A DNA stretch of 64,000 bases from positions 1-64,000 of IMG/VR virus record IMGVR_UViG_3300027644_000004. One strand, written 5' to 3'. Under the pieces are notes generated by a model. That model was not told the DNA's origin and ran no database searches. It saw only the letters and a program-made list of their open reading frames with translations. The position numbers were made by a program, and so were the translations under genes. Source of the stretch: a virus. Of the stretch, positions 37,847 to 45,601 are shown piece after piece; position 1 is the first letter of the stretch; every line of letters starts with the position of its first letter.

Positions 37847-38900
37847 TTCAAAAATCACAGCCACTGCCATCAGCATTGACACCAGCAGTATTGCACATCT
37901 AGTGGATCAAGCAGTTGAAAACAGTATAACATCTGCAATTGCCACACTGGGAACTGATCCTGCATGGTTAGCAAAAATTGAAAACATGATCAACCAAGCA
38001 GTGGTGCGCCGTACAGTGGCCACAATTGGATCCATTGACATCAATACCATTATTCATCAACGAGTTGATGAAAACATGGAAAAGTTAAAAGTTGAATTAC
38101 TTGCTAATTTTTCCAGCACCGGAATAGACGACAAGGCCACTTCCTGTCAATTGACTATTATGGACGACACCACGGTGATAGAAAATACGTTGACAGCACA
38201 CTCTGCTAGTTTTGTGGAATCGGTGAGTGTTAAAAATTTGTCAGTCACTGGCAGTATCAACACAGATAATCGTAGTTGGCATGCACTGGCAGCCGATATC
38301 GGTGATCGAACACTTGCACAACTAAACCAGTCCTGGCGGGATCTTTTGATTTCGCAAGTGGCAGATGAAATCAAGAAGAACGGCATTACATTTGACAACG
38401 TCAAGATTGATGACCAGCCACTGGTTTCTGGTTCACAATTGGCAAAATCTATCACTCAAAGCAGTTTGCAAAAACTAGGCCGCCTGCAAGATCTTGTGGT
38501 AGTAGGTGAAACCAGTTTGAATGAAACAGTAACGGTGCTCAAGAAAAGACTGGGTGTCAATACCGAACAGCCAGACTCTGCGTTGAATGTCTGGGATGAG
38601 GAAGTTAGTGTGTCAATTGGAAAATACAAAAATCAAGAAGCCTACGTTGGCACAAACCGGAATCAAACACTGAATATTGGTATCAACAAACTGCCACATG
38701 TGACCATTGGAACGGATGGCATAACCAGCATCAGCAAACTGCGTGTAGCACAGTACATGATCGGACACGGAACAATAGTACCCAACTATAGTGGTACCAA
38801 AGGCGATATTGTGTTCAATGCTGATCCCACACCGGGCAGCGCCTTTGCCTGGGTGTGTTTGGGCGGTTTCAAATGGAAAACTCTCAAGGCAGTGGAATGA
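37839..38900 (+). CDS. putative virion/fibre-like protein
   Basis: GGAG RBS; SSLQKLG.L..L.V, LGVNT..P, C-terminal P..G..GDIVFN..P...WVC...W. Confidence 0.55.
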   Translation: MSDSKITATAISIDTSSIAHLVDQAVENSITSAIATLGTDPAWLAKIENMINQAVVRRTVATIGSIDINTIIHQRVDENMEKLKVELLANFSSTGIDDKATSCQLTIMDDTTVIENTLTAHSASFVESVSVKNLSVTGSINTDNRSWHALAADIGDRTLAQLNQSWRDLLISQVADEIKKNGITFDNVKIDDQPLVSGSQLAKSITQSSLQKLGRLQDLVVVGETSLNETVTVLKKRLGVNTEQPDSALNVWDEEVSVSIGKYKNQEAYVGTNRNQTLNIGINKLPHVTIGTDGITSISKLRVAQYMIGHGTIVPNYSGTKGDIVFNADPTPGSAFAWVCLGGFKWKTLKAVE

Positions 38901-39454
38901 AGACCAATTGGGTTGTTGCAGATGCTGCGGTAATTCCACCAGATGTGGAAATCTCTGCGCTCAAAGACATTGCTGCCATCTGGGGCAGCTGGCGTACCTG
39001 GCGTGGCTGCGGTACTGACAATGTAATTTGCAACGAAGTAGGTCCAGCGCGAGATTTGTTAAAACGCCGCATGAATGAAATGTGTAACATGTATGTGCCT
39101 GCTGCAATTTATGCAGAACTAGACCGTCCCCAATTGGTAAAAATTTACCAAGGTCAATTTACATTTGAGATAGACCGCAAAGAAGAATTGATTGCCATGC
39201 AATTGGTAGCTGACCAAAGTGACATAGTACTGCTGTTGGGATTTGACTGGACAGAAAAACCCATCAGCAACGATCGATTGACTGCACACCGAGCATTGAA
39301 TTATCAAAGATTTGTAAAAGATGTAATCAGCAGTAATCCAACGGTGCAGTGGATTTTGGTAGATCATCCTGGAATGGTGCTAAAAGAGCTGGCCCAATTT
39401 GAAAATCTTACCTATAGCAGTTTGGAAGAAGTGATCGAGCTTTTGTCTGGTTGA
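38897..39454 (+). CDS. hypothetical protein (LLGFD motif seen in sialyltransferase-like/DUF115 folds)
   Basis: ATGA-coupled; IVLLLGFD. Confidence 0.45.
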   Translation: MKTNWVVADAAVIPPDVEISALKDIAAIWGSWRTWRGCGTDNVICNEVGPARDLLKRRMNEMCNMYVPAAIYAELDRPQLVKIYQGQFTFEIDRKEELIAMQLVADQSDIVLLLGFDWTEKPISNDRLTAHRALNYQRFVKDVISSNPTVQWILVDHPGMVLKELAQFENLTYSSLEEVIELLSG

Positions 39455-39479
39455 CGATCGGTGTATTTTAGTGTATAAT
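39451..39479 (+). promoter_or_regulatory. sigma70-type promoter
   Basis: TTGACG-N17-TATAAT. Confidence 0.8.
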
Positions 39480-39485
39480 ATACAC

Positions 39486-40511
39486 ATGACTACACAAACA
39501 CGTATTGGCTTCTGTTGCAAATGGCTTAATGACCCGTCCGAATGCGGCGGCATGAAAGTCAATGCTGTGGACCGGGACCTTAACGGGCGTTCAACCACCA
39601 TGCGCTGGCTGCGTGAGCACCCAGCCGAGGCCGAACAACGGCAATGGGATATCATGAATCACAACACTGCGGCAGCGGTCAAAATGATCGAGCGTGTGGC
39701 CACTCTGCCTGCAGGCCGTAGAATGGTCCGACTAGGCAGTGAAATGCTACAGGGCTACACTGAGCCCAGTTGGATTGACTGGTGGCAACAGCCAGACGTA
39801 CAGAGTCATCTAGAACGTATTTTTGCACCCATTGGTGAAACTGCTCGTAGGCTGGACGTGAGATTGAGTTTTCATCCTGGGCAGTTTTGTGTGCTGGCCA
39901 GTGAGAACCCCGGCATCGTAAATAGAAGTATACAGGAGTTTGAATATCATGCAGATATGGTCAGGTGGATGGGATACGGCAAGACTTTTCAGGACTTTAA
40001 AATCAACGTACACATCTCGGGTAAACAAGGCCCCGCCGGCATTCGCTCTGCCCTCCAGCGACTCAGCCCCGAAGCAAGAAACTGCATCACCATCGAAAAT
40101 GACGAAAATGCCTGGGGAATCGACTCAAGCCTTGAACTTGCCCGAGACTGTGCCCTCGTGCTTGATCTACACCACCACTGGATCCGTACAGGAGAGTACA
40201 TTCAATCCTCCGACGATAGAGTTAAAGGCATAATTGATAGCTGGCGCGGAATGAGACCTGCCTTGCACTACAGTGTCAGCAGGGAAGACTATCTGGTAGA
40301 CCATGCCACAGATGTATTGCCAGACATGACTGCATTGTTGGCTCAAGGCTATAAAAAGCAAAAACTGCGAGCACACAGCGACTTCTATTGGAACTCGGCA
40401 GTGACTGACTGGGCACTGACCTTTGCTGAAGATTTCGACATACAGTGCGAGGCCAAAGGTAAAAACCTAGCCAGCCAGGCTGTGTACGAAAGAAAAACAA
40501 GTTATGAATGA
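39486..40511 (+). CDS. uvsE: UV damage endonuclease UvsE/UVDE
   Basis: RIGFCC, RLSFHPGQF..L.S, NVH, IENDE, LDLHHH, HYS, AHSD, EAK.K. Confidence 0.93.
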   Translation: MTTQTRIGFCCKWLNDPSECGGMKVNAVDRDLNGRSTTMRWLREHPAEAEQRQWDIMNHNTAAAVKMIERVATLPAGRRMVRLGSEMLQGYTEPSWIDWWQQPDVQSHLERIFAPIGETARRLDVRLSFHPGQFCVLASENPGIVNRSIQEFEYHADMVRWMGYGKTFQDFKINVHISGKQGPAGIRSALQRLSPEARNCITIENDENAWGIDSSLELARDCALVLDLHHHWIRTGEYIQSSDDRVKGIIDSWRGMRPALHYSVSREDYLVDHATDVLPDMTALLAQGYKKQKLRAHSDFYWNSAVTDWALTFAEDFDIQCEAKGKNLASQAVYERKTSYE

Positions 40512-40791
40512 ACTTTTAAAACCCACATTTGATTGGATACAAGATGACTTTAAGTCTAACAGAATTCGCTTTGCTGTTGAGCTTGTTGCATGGGCTATTA
40601 GTATTGGTTGCAGTATTACTATGGCACTCACAGTCCCCAATCCTCCGCTTCTTGTTCTTTATCCTCTTTGGATCTTTGGCTGTGCTATGTATGCTTGGGC
40701 TAGTTGGACTAGGAAATCTTTTGGCATGCTGGCTAACTATTGTCTGCTGACCACTATTGACAGCATTGGTTTAATACGAATGCTTGCCTAG
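40504..40791 (+). CDS. small three-TM membrane protein
   Basis: Three hydrophobic segments. Confidence 0.7.
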   Translation: MNELLKPTFDWIQDDFKSNRIRFAVELVAWAISIGCSITMALTVPNPPLLVLYPLWIFGCAMYAWASWTRKSFGMLANYCLLTTIDSIGLIRMLA

Positions 40792-40809
40792 TACAAAATA
40801 AATAGCTGT

Positions 40810-41454
40810 ATGAAAACTATTGCACTGTTTGTGCATCAGCCCAAATGTTCTGTGCAAAGTGTCAACGGAATTATTCACGCACTGAGCCCACACTATCGTT
40901 TTAAAATCTTTACCCGCTATGAAGTTGAGCGGGATTTTTTTGACGATGTAGATTGTGTTGCAGTTCCGGGCGGCATAGGCGATGCCAGTAGTTTTGAATA
41001 CTTATTAAGAGATAATGGCACACGTATTCAGGATTTCGTAGCTCAAGGCGGTGCGTACCTGGGCATCTGTATGGGCGCATACTGGGCCGGCAGCAATTAT
41101 TTCGACCTACTAACGGATGTTGATGCAGAGCAGTATATAACAAGACCCGGAACAGACACTCGCAGACCACACGCAAAAAATATCAGTATAACCTGGAACA
41201 ATGAACCAATGAAGATGTTCTGGTACGATGGGTGTGCTTTTGTGGGCAACCAAACAAAGTTTAAAACTGTGGCTCGCTACGTGGGAAATAACGATCCAAT
41301 GGCCATTGTGCAACACCGCATAGGATTAATAGGATGCCACCCTGAAAGCACAGCAAATTGGTACGCACCTTACAGCTGGATGCGCGGGCATTACCATGGT
41401 GGCCAACATCACGCCTTGCTGTTGAATTTTGTTAACGAACTTTTAGCGTGTTGA
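40810..41454 (+). CDS. class I glutamine-amidotransferase-like (BPL_N type) protein
   Basis: VPGG, GGAYLGICMGAY, GCHPE triad. Confidence 0.8.
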   Translation: MKTIALFVHQPKCSVQSVNGIIHALSPHYRFKIFTRYEVERDFFDDVDCVAVPGGIGDASSFEYLLRDNGTRIQDFVAQGGAYLGICMGAYWAGSNYFDLLTDVDAEQYITRPGTDTRRPHAKNISITWNNEPMKMFWYDGCAFVGNQTKFKTVARYVGNNDPMAIVQHRIGLIGCHPESTANWYAPYSWMRGHYHGGQHHALLLNFVNELLAC

Positions 41455-41727
41455 TCTACCAGCAATGCGCTGACGTGCATAGCTTTCTAACTCTGAGTCA
41501 GACGGTGCAAGATTGTCGGCATTGTAAGGACCAAACTCTTTGGCATGTTCGGCACGCCAAAATTCGAGGTCAAGAGCGATTTCTTTAGAATCTGTGTCGC
41601 TGTGTTCTACAGGTGAATCTTTAACTGGTGGGCTATCAATGACCTTGCTTTTCTTTCGGTTCAGAGCAAAAAATGCGACAAGTCCGACTATTACCAGAAT
41701 GATTAAAATATTTTGCGAAAATTCCAT
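41443..41727 (-). CDS. small protein with N-terminal membrane anchor
   Basis: ILIILVIVGLVAFFAL then basic cluster; AGGGG RBS. Confidence 0.6.
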   Translation of the reverse strand: MEFSQNILIILVIVGLVAFFALNRKKSKVIDSPPVKDSPVEHSDTDSKEIALDLEFWRAEHAKEFGPYNADNLAPSDSELESYARQRIAGRSTR

Positions 41728-41759
41728 AGTTAAATCCCCTAATTTTTAACGTAACTTAT

Positions 41760-42077
41760 TTATTTGGTGTCTTTCTTGACACGTGGTTGAGCTGGCGTTT
41801 TCTTAGCAGCTGGCGTTTTTTTGGCCGGCGCTTTCTTAGCAGCTGGTGTTTTTTTGGCAGGAACTACAGACTCTGCTGGTACCAATGGGATTGGTGTAGC
41901 AGCCGCTGGCTCGGGCACTTTGTAGGTTGTGCTTTCTGCAACTGGCGCCAGAGGGGGGAATGGCCATATACCACCATCACTCTTGGAGTCCGGTGCCGGG
42001 GTCGGCGCTTCGACTTTGTACGGTGCTGGCTGCACTGTTGCTGGCTTATTAAAAAATCTTTTCAAAAATTGTAACAT
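41760..42077 (-). CDS. Pro/Ala/Lys-rich protein with PAKK repeats (histone-like tail)
   Basis: AGGAG RBS, TATAAATA promoter; PAKKTPAAKKAPAKKTPAAKKTPA. Confidence 0.7.
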   Translation of the reverse strand: MLQFLKRFFNKPATVQPAPYKVEAPTPAPDSKSDGGIWPFPPLAPVAESTTYKVPEPAAATPIPLVPAESVVPAKKTPAAKKAPAKKTPAAKKTPAQPRVKKDTK

Positions 42078-42098
42078 AAAGTTCTCCTGTGCTGTTAT

Positions 42099-43868
42099 TT
42101 ATATAACTTGTGCGGCTCGACGAGCTTGTGTGTTTGCCCGTGCCTGTTCAAGTGCAGTTAATATTTCTGGTGTGTCAACCCGGCGACTATTGTTGGCAGG
42201 CGTTGGCTTGCTGTTTTGTGCGGCTCGACGAGCTTGTGTGTTTGCCCGTGCCTGTTCAAGTGCATCTGCATCTGATATTTTTGGTATTTCTATTACATTG
42301 AGTAAACTATCACTGTTGTTCTGTATTGGGCTGCTGGGCAGATCAAGATGACGATCCTGTTCTATCTCTTGCATCATTCGATTGTAGCTTGGGCTGCCGG
42401 GCAGCTTTATAGTATGCGTGACTACAAAACTTTCCACAGCAAACTCTGGCAGATCAAGATGACGATCCTGTTCTATCTCTTGCATCATTCGATCGTAACC
42501 ATCACCGTGTGGCATGGGTTGCCATGTGGGATCTGGCTCAGCAGTACCATTTAAAAATGACTGTATAAAGTTGTTAATTGGGCCCAGCATGGCCTTGGGA
42601 TTAGCAATCCGATGATAGTTGTGCTCTAACACCGAGTGTGCTTGATCGTACAGATCTTGAGGGCTGAGATGATTTATCAGTTTAACCAACTGCTCAAACG
42701 CCTGTGTCCAGCGTTTTACGTTGTCGGGTTCTTCGTCGTAGCTTTCGTCTATCCACGGGGAAAATGTTTTGAACCCAATATTTCTAAGTTCCCGCAGACT
42801 GTGCTGTGGACCAAATGTAACAAAAATTCGTCGTCCAAACAGTACCTTGGCAGTTTTTTCTGTAAAAAAATTACACTTGGTAGAATTAGTTTCGGCTACA
42901 ACGCTGAACCAAGAATTTTGATATACACCGTGCGGTATAAAAAAACTTCCATACGGTGGCACGCCCAGCACAGTTTTTCCGTTGCCAACAGGAAAATGTT
43001 CAATTCCTAGGCTATGGGTGGAATGTGCAACCCAACCACCATGTCGGCTGTGTTCTCTTAGTACGACCATTTCTGGAGTGTCGTAACGATCCAATTCAGG
43101 AGTTCGATAATATACATTCTCGTATGATTCGGGCATGGCCGATGAAACATAAGTCTGAGCACTGATGCTGACTAATCCGTGTTCCAACAACTGATTTCGA
43201 CGCAGTAGGTCAAACAACAATTTTCTGTGTCCTTTGGCGCCACCTAACAGTGCTTCAAACTTGTATGGACGATCCTGACCGGGATCGTATTTTACAGGAG
43301 TATTGCTTGCTACAGTCCAGGCACCCCAGGAGTTTAGCGGAACACTCAATGCATTGTAAGGAAACAGGTTGCTGTCGATATCATCTCCGGTCCCGGCCAA
43401 AATAGATATTACTCGTCCTGGGCTAGTTTTAAAATACCCATCGGGATCGTTTAAAAAATCAATCCATTCTGATCCATACGCCATTTCTTCTTGTATGCAG
43501 ATTATTAGATCGGCCCAGCTGTAATCAATTCCTGGCCCTGGTCTAGGATAATACTGATCGGCCGGTAACTTGCAGACTTGCTGACCTGTGTGTTTTCTCA
43601 AGTGATAGTGCGGCTGAAATTGATCCAGTATGATTATTTTTTTCCGGTCGCTGTTTTTAAAAAACTCAACATGTTCCCATTTGGTAAATCTCATCACTGT
43701 ATTGGGATCTGCTGACGTCAGTGTCACGTGCATTGTATTCCATGGCCGATCACAGTGTGTGATATCTGGTAAGAATTTTAATCCTGCATTTTTTCCAATG
43801 GCACAGGTAACATCAAAAAATTTTGGATTCTGTAATCCAAATGCTCGTTGTGGGGTAAAGATAATCAT
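42099..43868 (-). CDS. glycosyltransferase-like protein (paralog 3) with duplicated C-terminal tail
   Basis: FTEKTAK..F..SLRELRNIGFKTF..IDESYD; start moved to ATG after TATAAATA (43873-43880, - strand). Confidence 0.6.
   Translation of the reverse strand: MIIFTPQRAFGLQNPKFFDVTCAIGKNAGLKFLPDITHCDRPWNTMHVTLTSADPNTVMRFTKWEHVEFFKNSDRKKIIILDQFQPHYHLRKHTGQQVCKLPADQYYPRPGPGIDYSWADLIICIQEEMAYGSEWIDFLNDPDGYFKTSPGRVISILAGTGDDIDSNLFPYNALSVPLNSWGAWTVASNTPVKYDPGQDRPYKFEALLGGAKGHRKLLFDLLRRNQLLEHGLVSISAQTYVSSAMPESYENVYYRTPELDRYDTPEMVVLREHSRHGGWVAHSTHSLGIEHFPVGNGKTVLGVPPYGSFFIPHGVYQNSWFSVVAETNSTKCNFFTEKTAKVLFGRRIFVTFGPQHSLRELRNIGFKTFSPWIDESYDEEPDNVKRWTQAFEQLVKLINHLSPQDLYDQAHSVLEHNYHRIANPKAMLGPINNFIQSFLNGTAEPDPTWQPMPHGDGYDRMMQEIEQDRHLDLPEFAVESFVVTHTIKLPGSPSYNRMMQEIEQDRHLDLPSSPIQNNSDSLLNVIEIPKISDADALEQARANTQARRAAQNSKPTPANNSRRVDTPEILTALEQARANTQARRAAQVI
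42108..42264. repeat. 49-bp exact direct repeat, period 108
   Basis: 42108-42156 = 42216-42264 (ALEQARANTQARRAAQ twice). Confidence 0.9.
42337..42493. repeat. 46-bp exact direct repeat, period 111
   Basis: 42337-42382 = 42448-42493 (RMMQEIEQDRHLDLP twice). Confidence 0.9.
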
Positions 43869-43910
43869 GGTATATTTATAGTGACAGCTCACTACAAATA
43901 ATATCAAACG

Positions 43911-43942
43911 ATGTTGCGCCGCAGCATAAATAATGTTACAAT
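43911..43942 (+). promoter_or_regulatory. PhaR-like box 2 overlapping a sigma70 -35 and a late promoter
   Basis: ATGTTGC-GCC-GCAGCAT (43911-43927); TTGCGC-N17-TACAAT; CATAAATA at 43925. Confidence 0.55.
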
Positions 43943-43947
43943 AAGAC

Positions 43948-44007
43948 ACTGGGTGCTGAATAGGTCGGGCCCAGTATCAGACTTGCTTAATTAAGGAGAA
44001 ACACATG
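43948..44007 (+). promoter_or_regulatory. ROSE-like two-hairpin leader of the phasin-like gene
   Basis: ACTGGGT(G)CTGA-ATAGG-TCGGGCCCAGT then CTT(G)CTT-AATT-AAGGAG. Confidence 0.6.
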
Positions 44008-44283
44008 TATACAGCAGACGCAATCATCGACACCGTTCAAACCGGTAAAAAAACTTTTGTCAACACTTTCGTTACTAACAAAACAGCCCGCGACGCCATG
44101 ATTGAATTCATTGACGCCCAAGCTGACTATACCAAAAAAGCTGCCAAAGTTGGTCAAGACACTGTCACTACATTGCTTAGTGAAGGTGTCAAGGCTTACC
44201 AAAATGCCACTAAATTTGACTACACCAAATTTGGCGAAGGCATCATGAAAGCCTACACAGCCCAAAACTTCACCAAAAAGTAA
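44005..44283 (+). CDS. phasin-like amphipathic helical protein
   Basis: 92 aa, all-helical amphipathic, no Cys/Pro/Trp; strong RBS, own terminator, PhaR-like box upstream. Confidence 0.5.
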   Translation: MYTADAIIDTVQTGKKTFVNTFVTNKTARDAMIEFIDAQADYTKKAAKVGQDTVTTLLSEGVKAYQNATKFDYTKFGEGIMKAYTAQNFTKK

Positions 44284-44296
44284 TACGCAAGTATTA
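44281..44296. promoter_or_regulatory. palindromic site, family A copy 2
   Basis: TAATAC-GCAA-GTATTA. Confidence 0.5.
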
Positions 44297-44302
44297 TCTT
44301 AC

Positions 44303-44329
44303 AAAAACCCTGCCCAGTGCAGGGTTTTT
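44303..44329 (+). terminator. rho-independent terminator
   Basis: AAAAACCCTGC-CCAGT-GCAGGGTTTTT. Confidence 0.85.
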
Positions 44330-44330
44330 C

Positions 44331-44359
44331 TTGACTAAATTTTCCCAAACTGCTACAAT
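44331..44359 (+). promoter_or_regulatory. early sigma70-type promoter
   Basis: TTGACT-N17-TACAAT; spacer nearly identical to that at 21060. Confidence 0.85.
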
Positions 44360-44385
44360 ACACACATAAACCGCAAGGAGTTAAA

Positions 44386-44883
44386 ATGTATTGTAATCCC
44401 ACACTGACCGCCGAAGAATTCAAGACCATTCACAACGGCCTCTGCGAACTTCGTAGTGTCTATGAATCCATTCACAGTGTTGTCCGAGAGCCTATTTCTG
44501 ACAAATTGGCCCGTGCAATTCGAGAAATTGAAAAAGGCTTGGCCAGTGCTTATGAAGAAGACAACAAGGATTTTACTCGTAAGAGCAATCACTTCGATGA
44601 TGTCAGTGCTCAACTAGGTATGGACCACAGCAATTGGAGTATTTACGAAGTAGACAATCTCACTGACCGCCATCCTTATGAGGGTGCGGAACGTGTGGTC
44701 TACAAAGATCATTGGGGCAAAAAGGCTTTGAGTTGTAGCATCAATGGCCTGACTTGGTCAGCTCTTTGGATTGCAGCCAATGCCTGTATTCGCGACAGCG
44801 GCGACGATCATCATATTTTTATCGAAAGTTTCCGGCCAGATGCTGAAGATCCCTGTACCCTGATTTTGAGCACTGGCAGCTGA
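44386..44883 (+). CDS. early hypothetical protein
   Basis: AAGGAG RBS; C-terminus SGD.HHIFIE.F...L.TGS. Confidence 0.75.
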   Translation: MYCNPTLTAEEFKTIHNGLCELRSVYESIHSVVREPISDKLARAIREIEKGLASAYEEDNKDFTRKSNHFDDVSAQLGMDHSNWSIYEVDNLTDRHPYEGAERVVYKDHWGKKALSCSINGLTWSALWIAANACIRDSGDDHHIFIESFRPDAEDPCTLILSTGS

Positions 44884-44894
44884 AAAACCATTGG

Positions 44895-44924
44895 TTGACC
44901 AATAATTCATATTTTTGCTACAAT
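44895..44924 (+). promoter_or_regulatory. early sigma70-type promoter
   Basis: TTGACC-N18-TACAAT. Confidence 0.75.
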
Positions 44925-44954
44925 ATACATATCACCATCAAGAAAGGTTTCACT

Positions 44955-45599
44955 ATGAAACAACGTATTTTATCTATTGCAGTTGCCGCCGCACTTGTGA
45001 CCTTGGCCGGTTGTTCAACCACAGCAGTGACCAACACTGACGAACAGATTCGCAATCAGCGACTGTCCACCAAGTTTGTGGGCGAAGGTATCAAGATTGA
45101 AACCAATTGTGCCTGGTACCGACCGTTCAAAAGCGACTGCGAGATTGTTTCTATCGAAGCAGTGGGCACCGCGCCAACCTTTGGCAACACCACCAGCAAT
45201 CGTAAAAACGCCTTGATCCGTGCAGAGATGCAGGCCGGTGCCAATGTTTCGCATTTTATCAAGCAGGACATCACCAGCAATCGGGTAACTACAACCATTG
45301 CCAAGAACGTGGAAAAGGCTCGCGACAAGCTGAACACCAATCATGGCGATCATGAAGTGGTCGAAATGAGTGACAACGAAGCCAAAGGCTCCAATGTAAG
45401 TGTGCGTGAAAACAGCAATGACACCGCAGTGAATCTAACCACCACCATCCGTGCCAACAGTGCGGCCGTACTCCGTGGCTTCAAAGTGACTCGCCAAGAA
45501 GTAACGGGCCCGCAAGAAGTTGCAGTGACCATTCGTTGGGATAAGGACAGTGAGCGTACCGCCCGAATGTTAGAAAGCAAGTTTGGCACCGCTCGCTGA
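44955..45599 (+). CDS. lipoprotein (LPP20-like)
   Basis: Lipobox LAGC; A..RAE..A...L.G pattern. Confidence 0.65.
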   Translation: MKQRILSIAVAAALVTLAGCSTTAVTNTDEQIRNQRLSTKFVGEGIKIETNCAWYRPFKSDCEIVSIEAVGTAPTFGNTTSNRKNALIRAEMQAGANVSHFIKQDITSNRVTTTIAKNVEKARDKLNTNHGDHEVVEMSDNEAKGSNVSVRENSNDTAVNLTTTIRANSAAVLRGFKVTRQEVTGPQEVAVTIRWDKDSERTARMLESKFGTAR

Positions 45600-45601
45600 A
45601 C

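Noticed and set aside
42108-42493. Possible mini-CRISPR array
   Set aside because: Two different repeats with two copies each, in frame within a CDS, not palindromic, and no cas genes in the window.
43869-43949. Extended N-termini in the ORF track (also 44895, 52196, 52773, 53359, 31394, 26773)
   Set aside because: The extensions run through promoter elements; downstream ATGs have an RBS or leaderless geometry.
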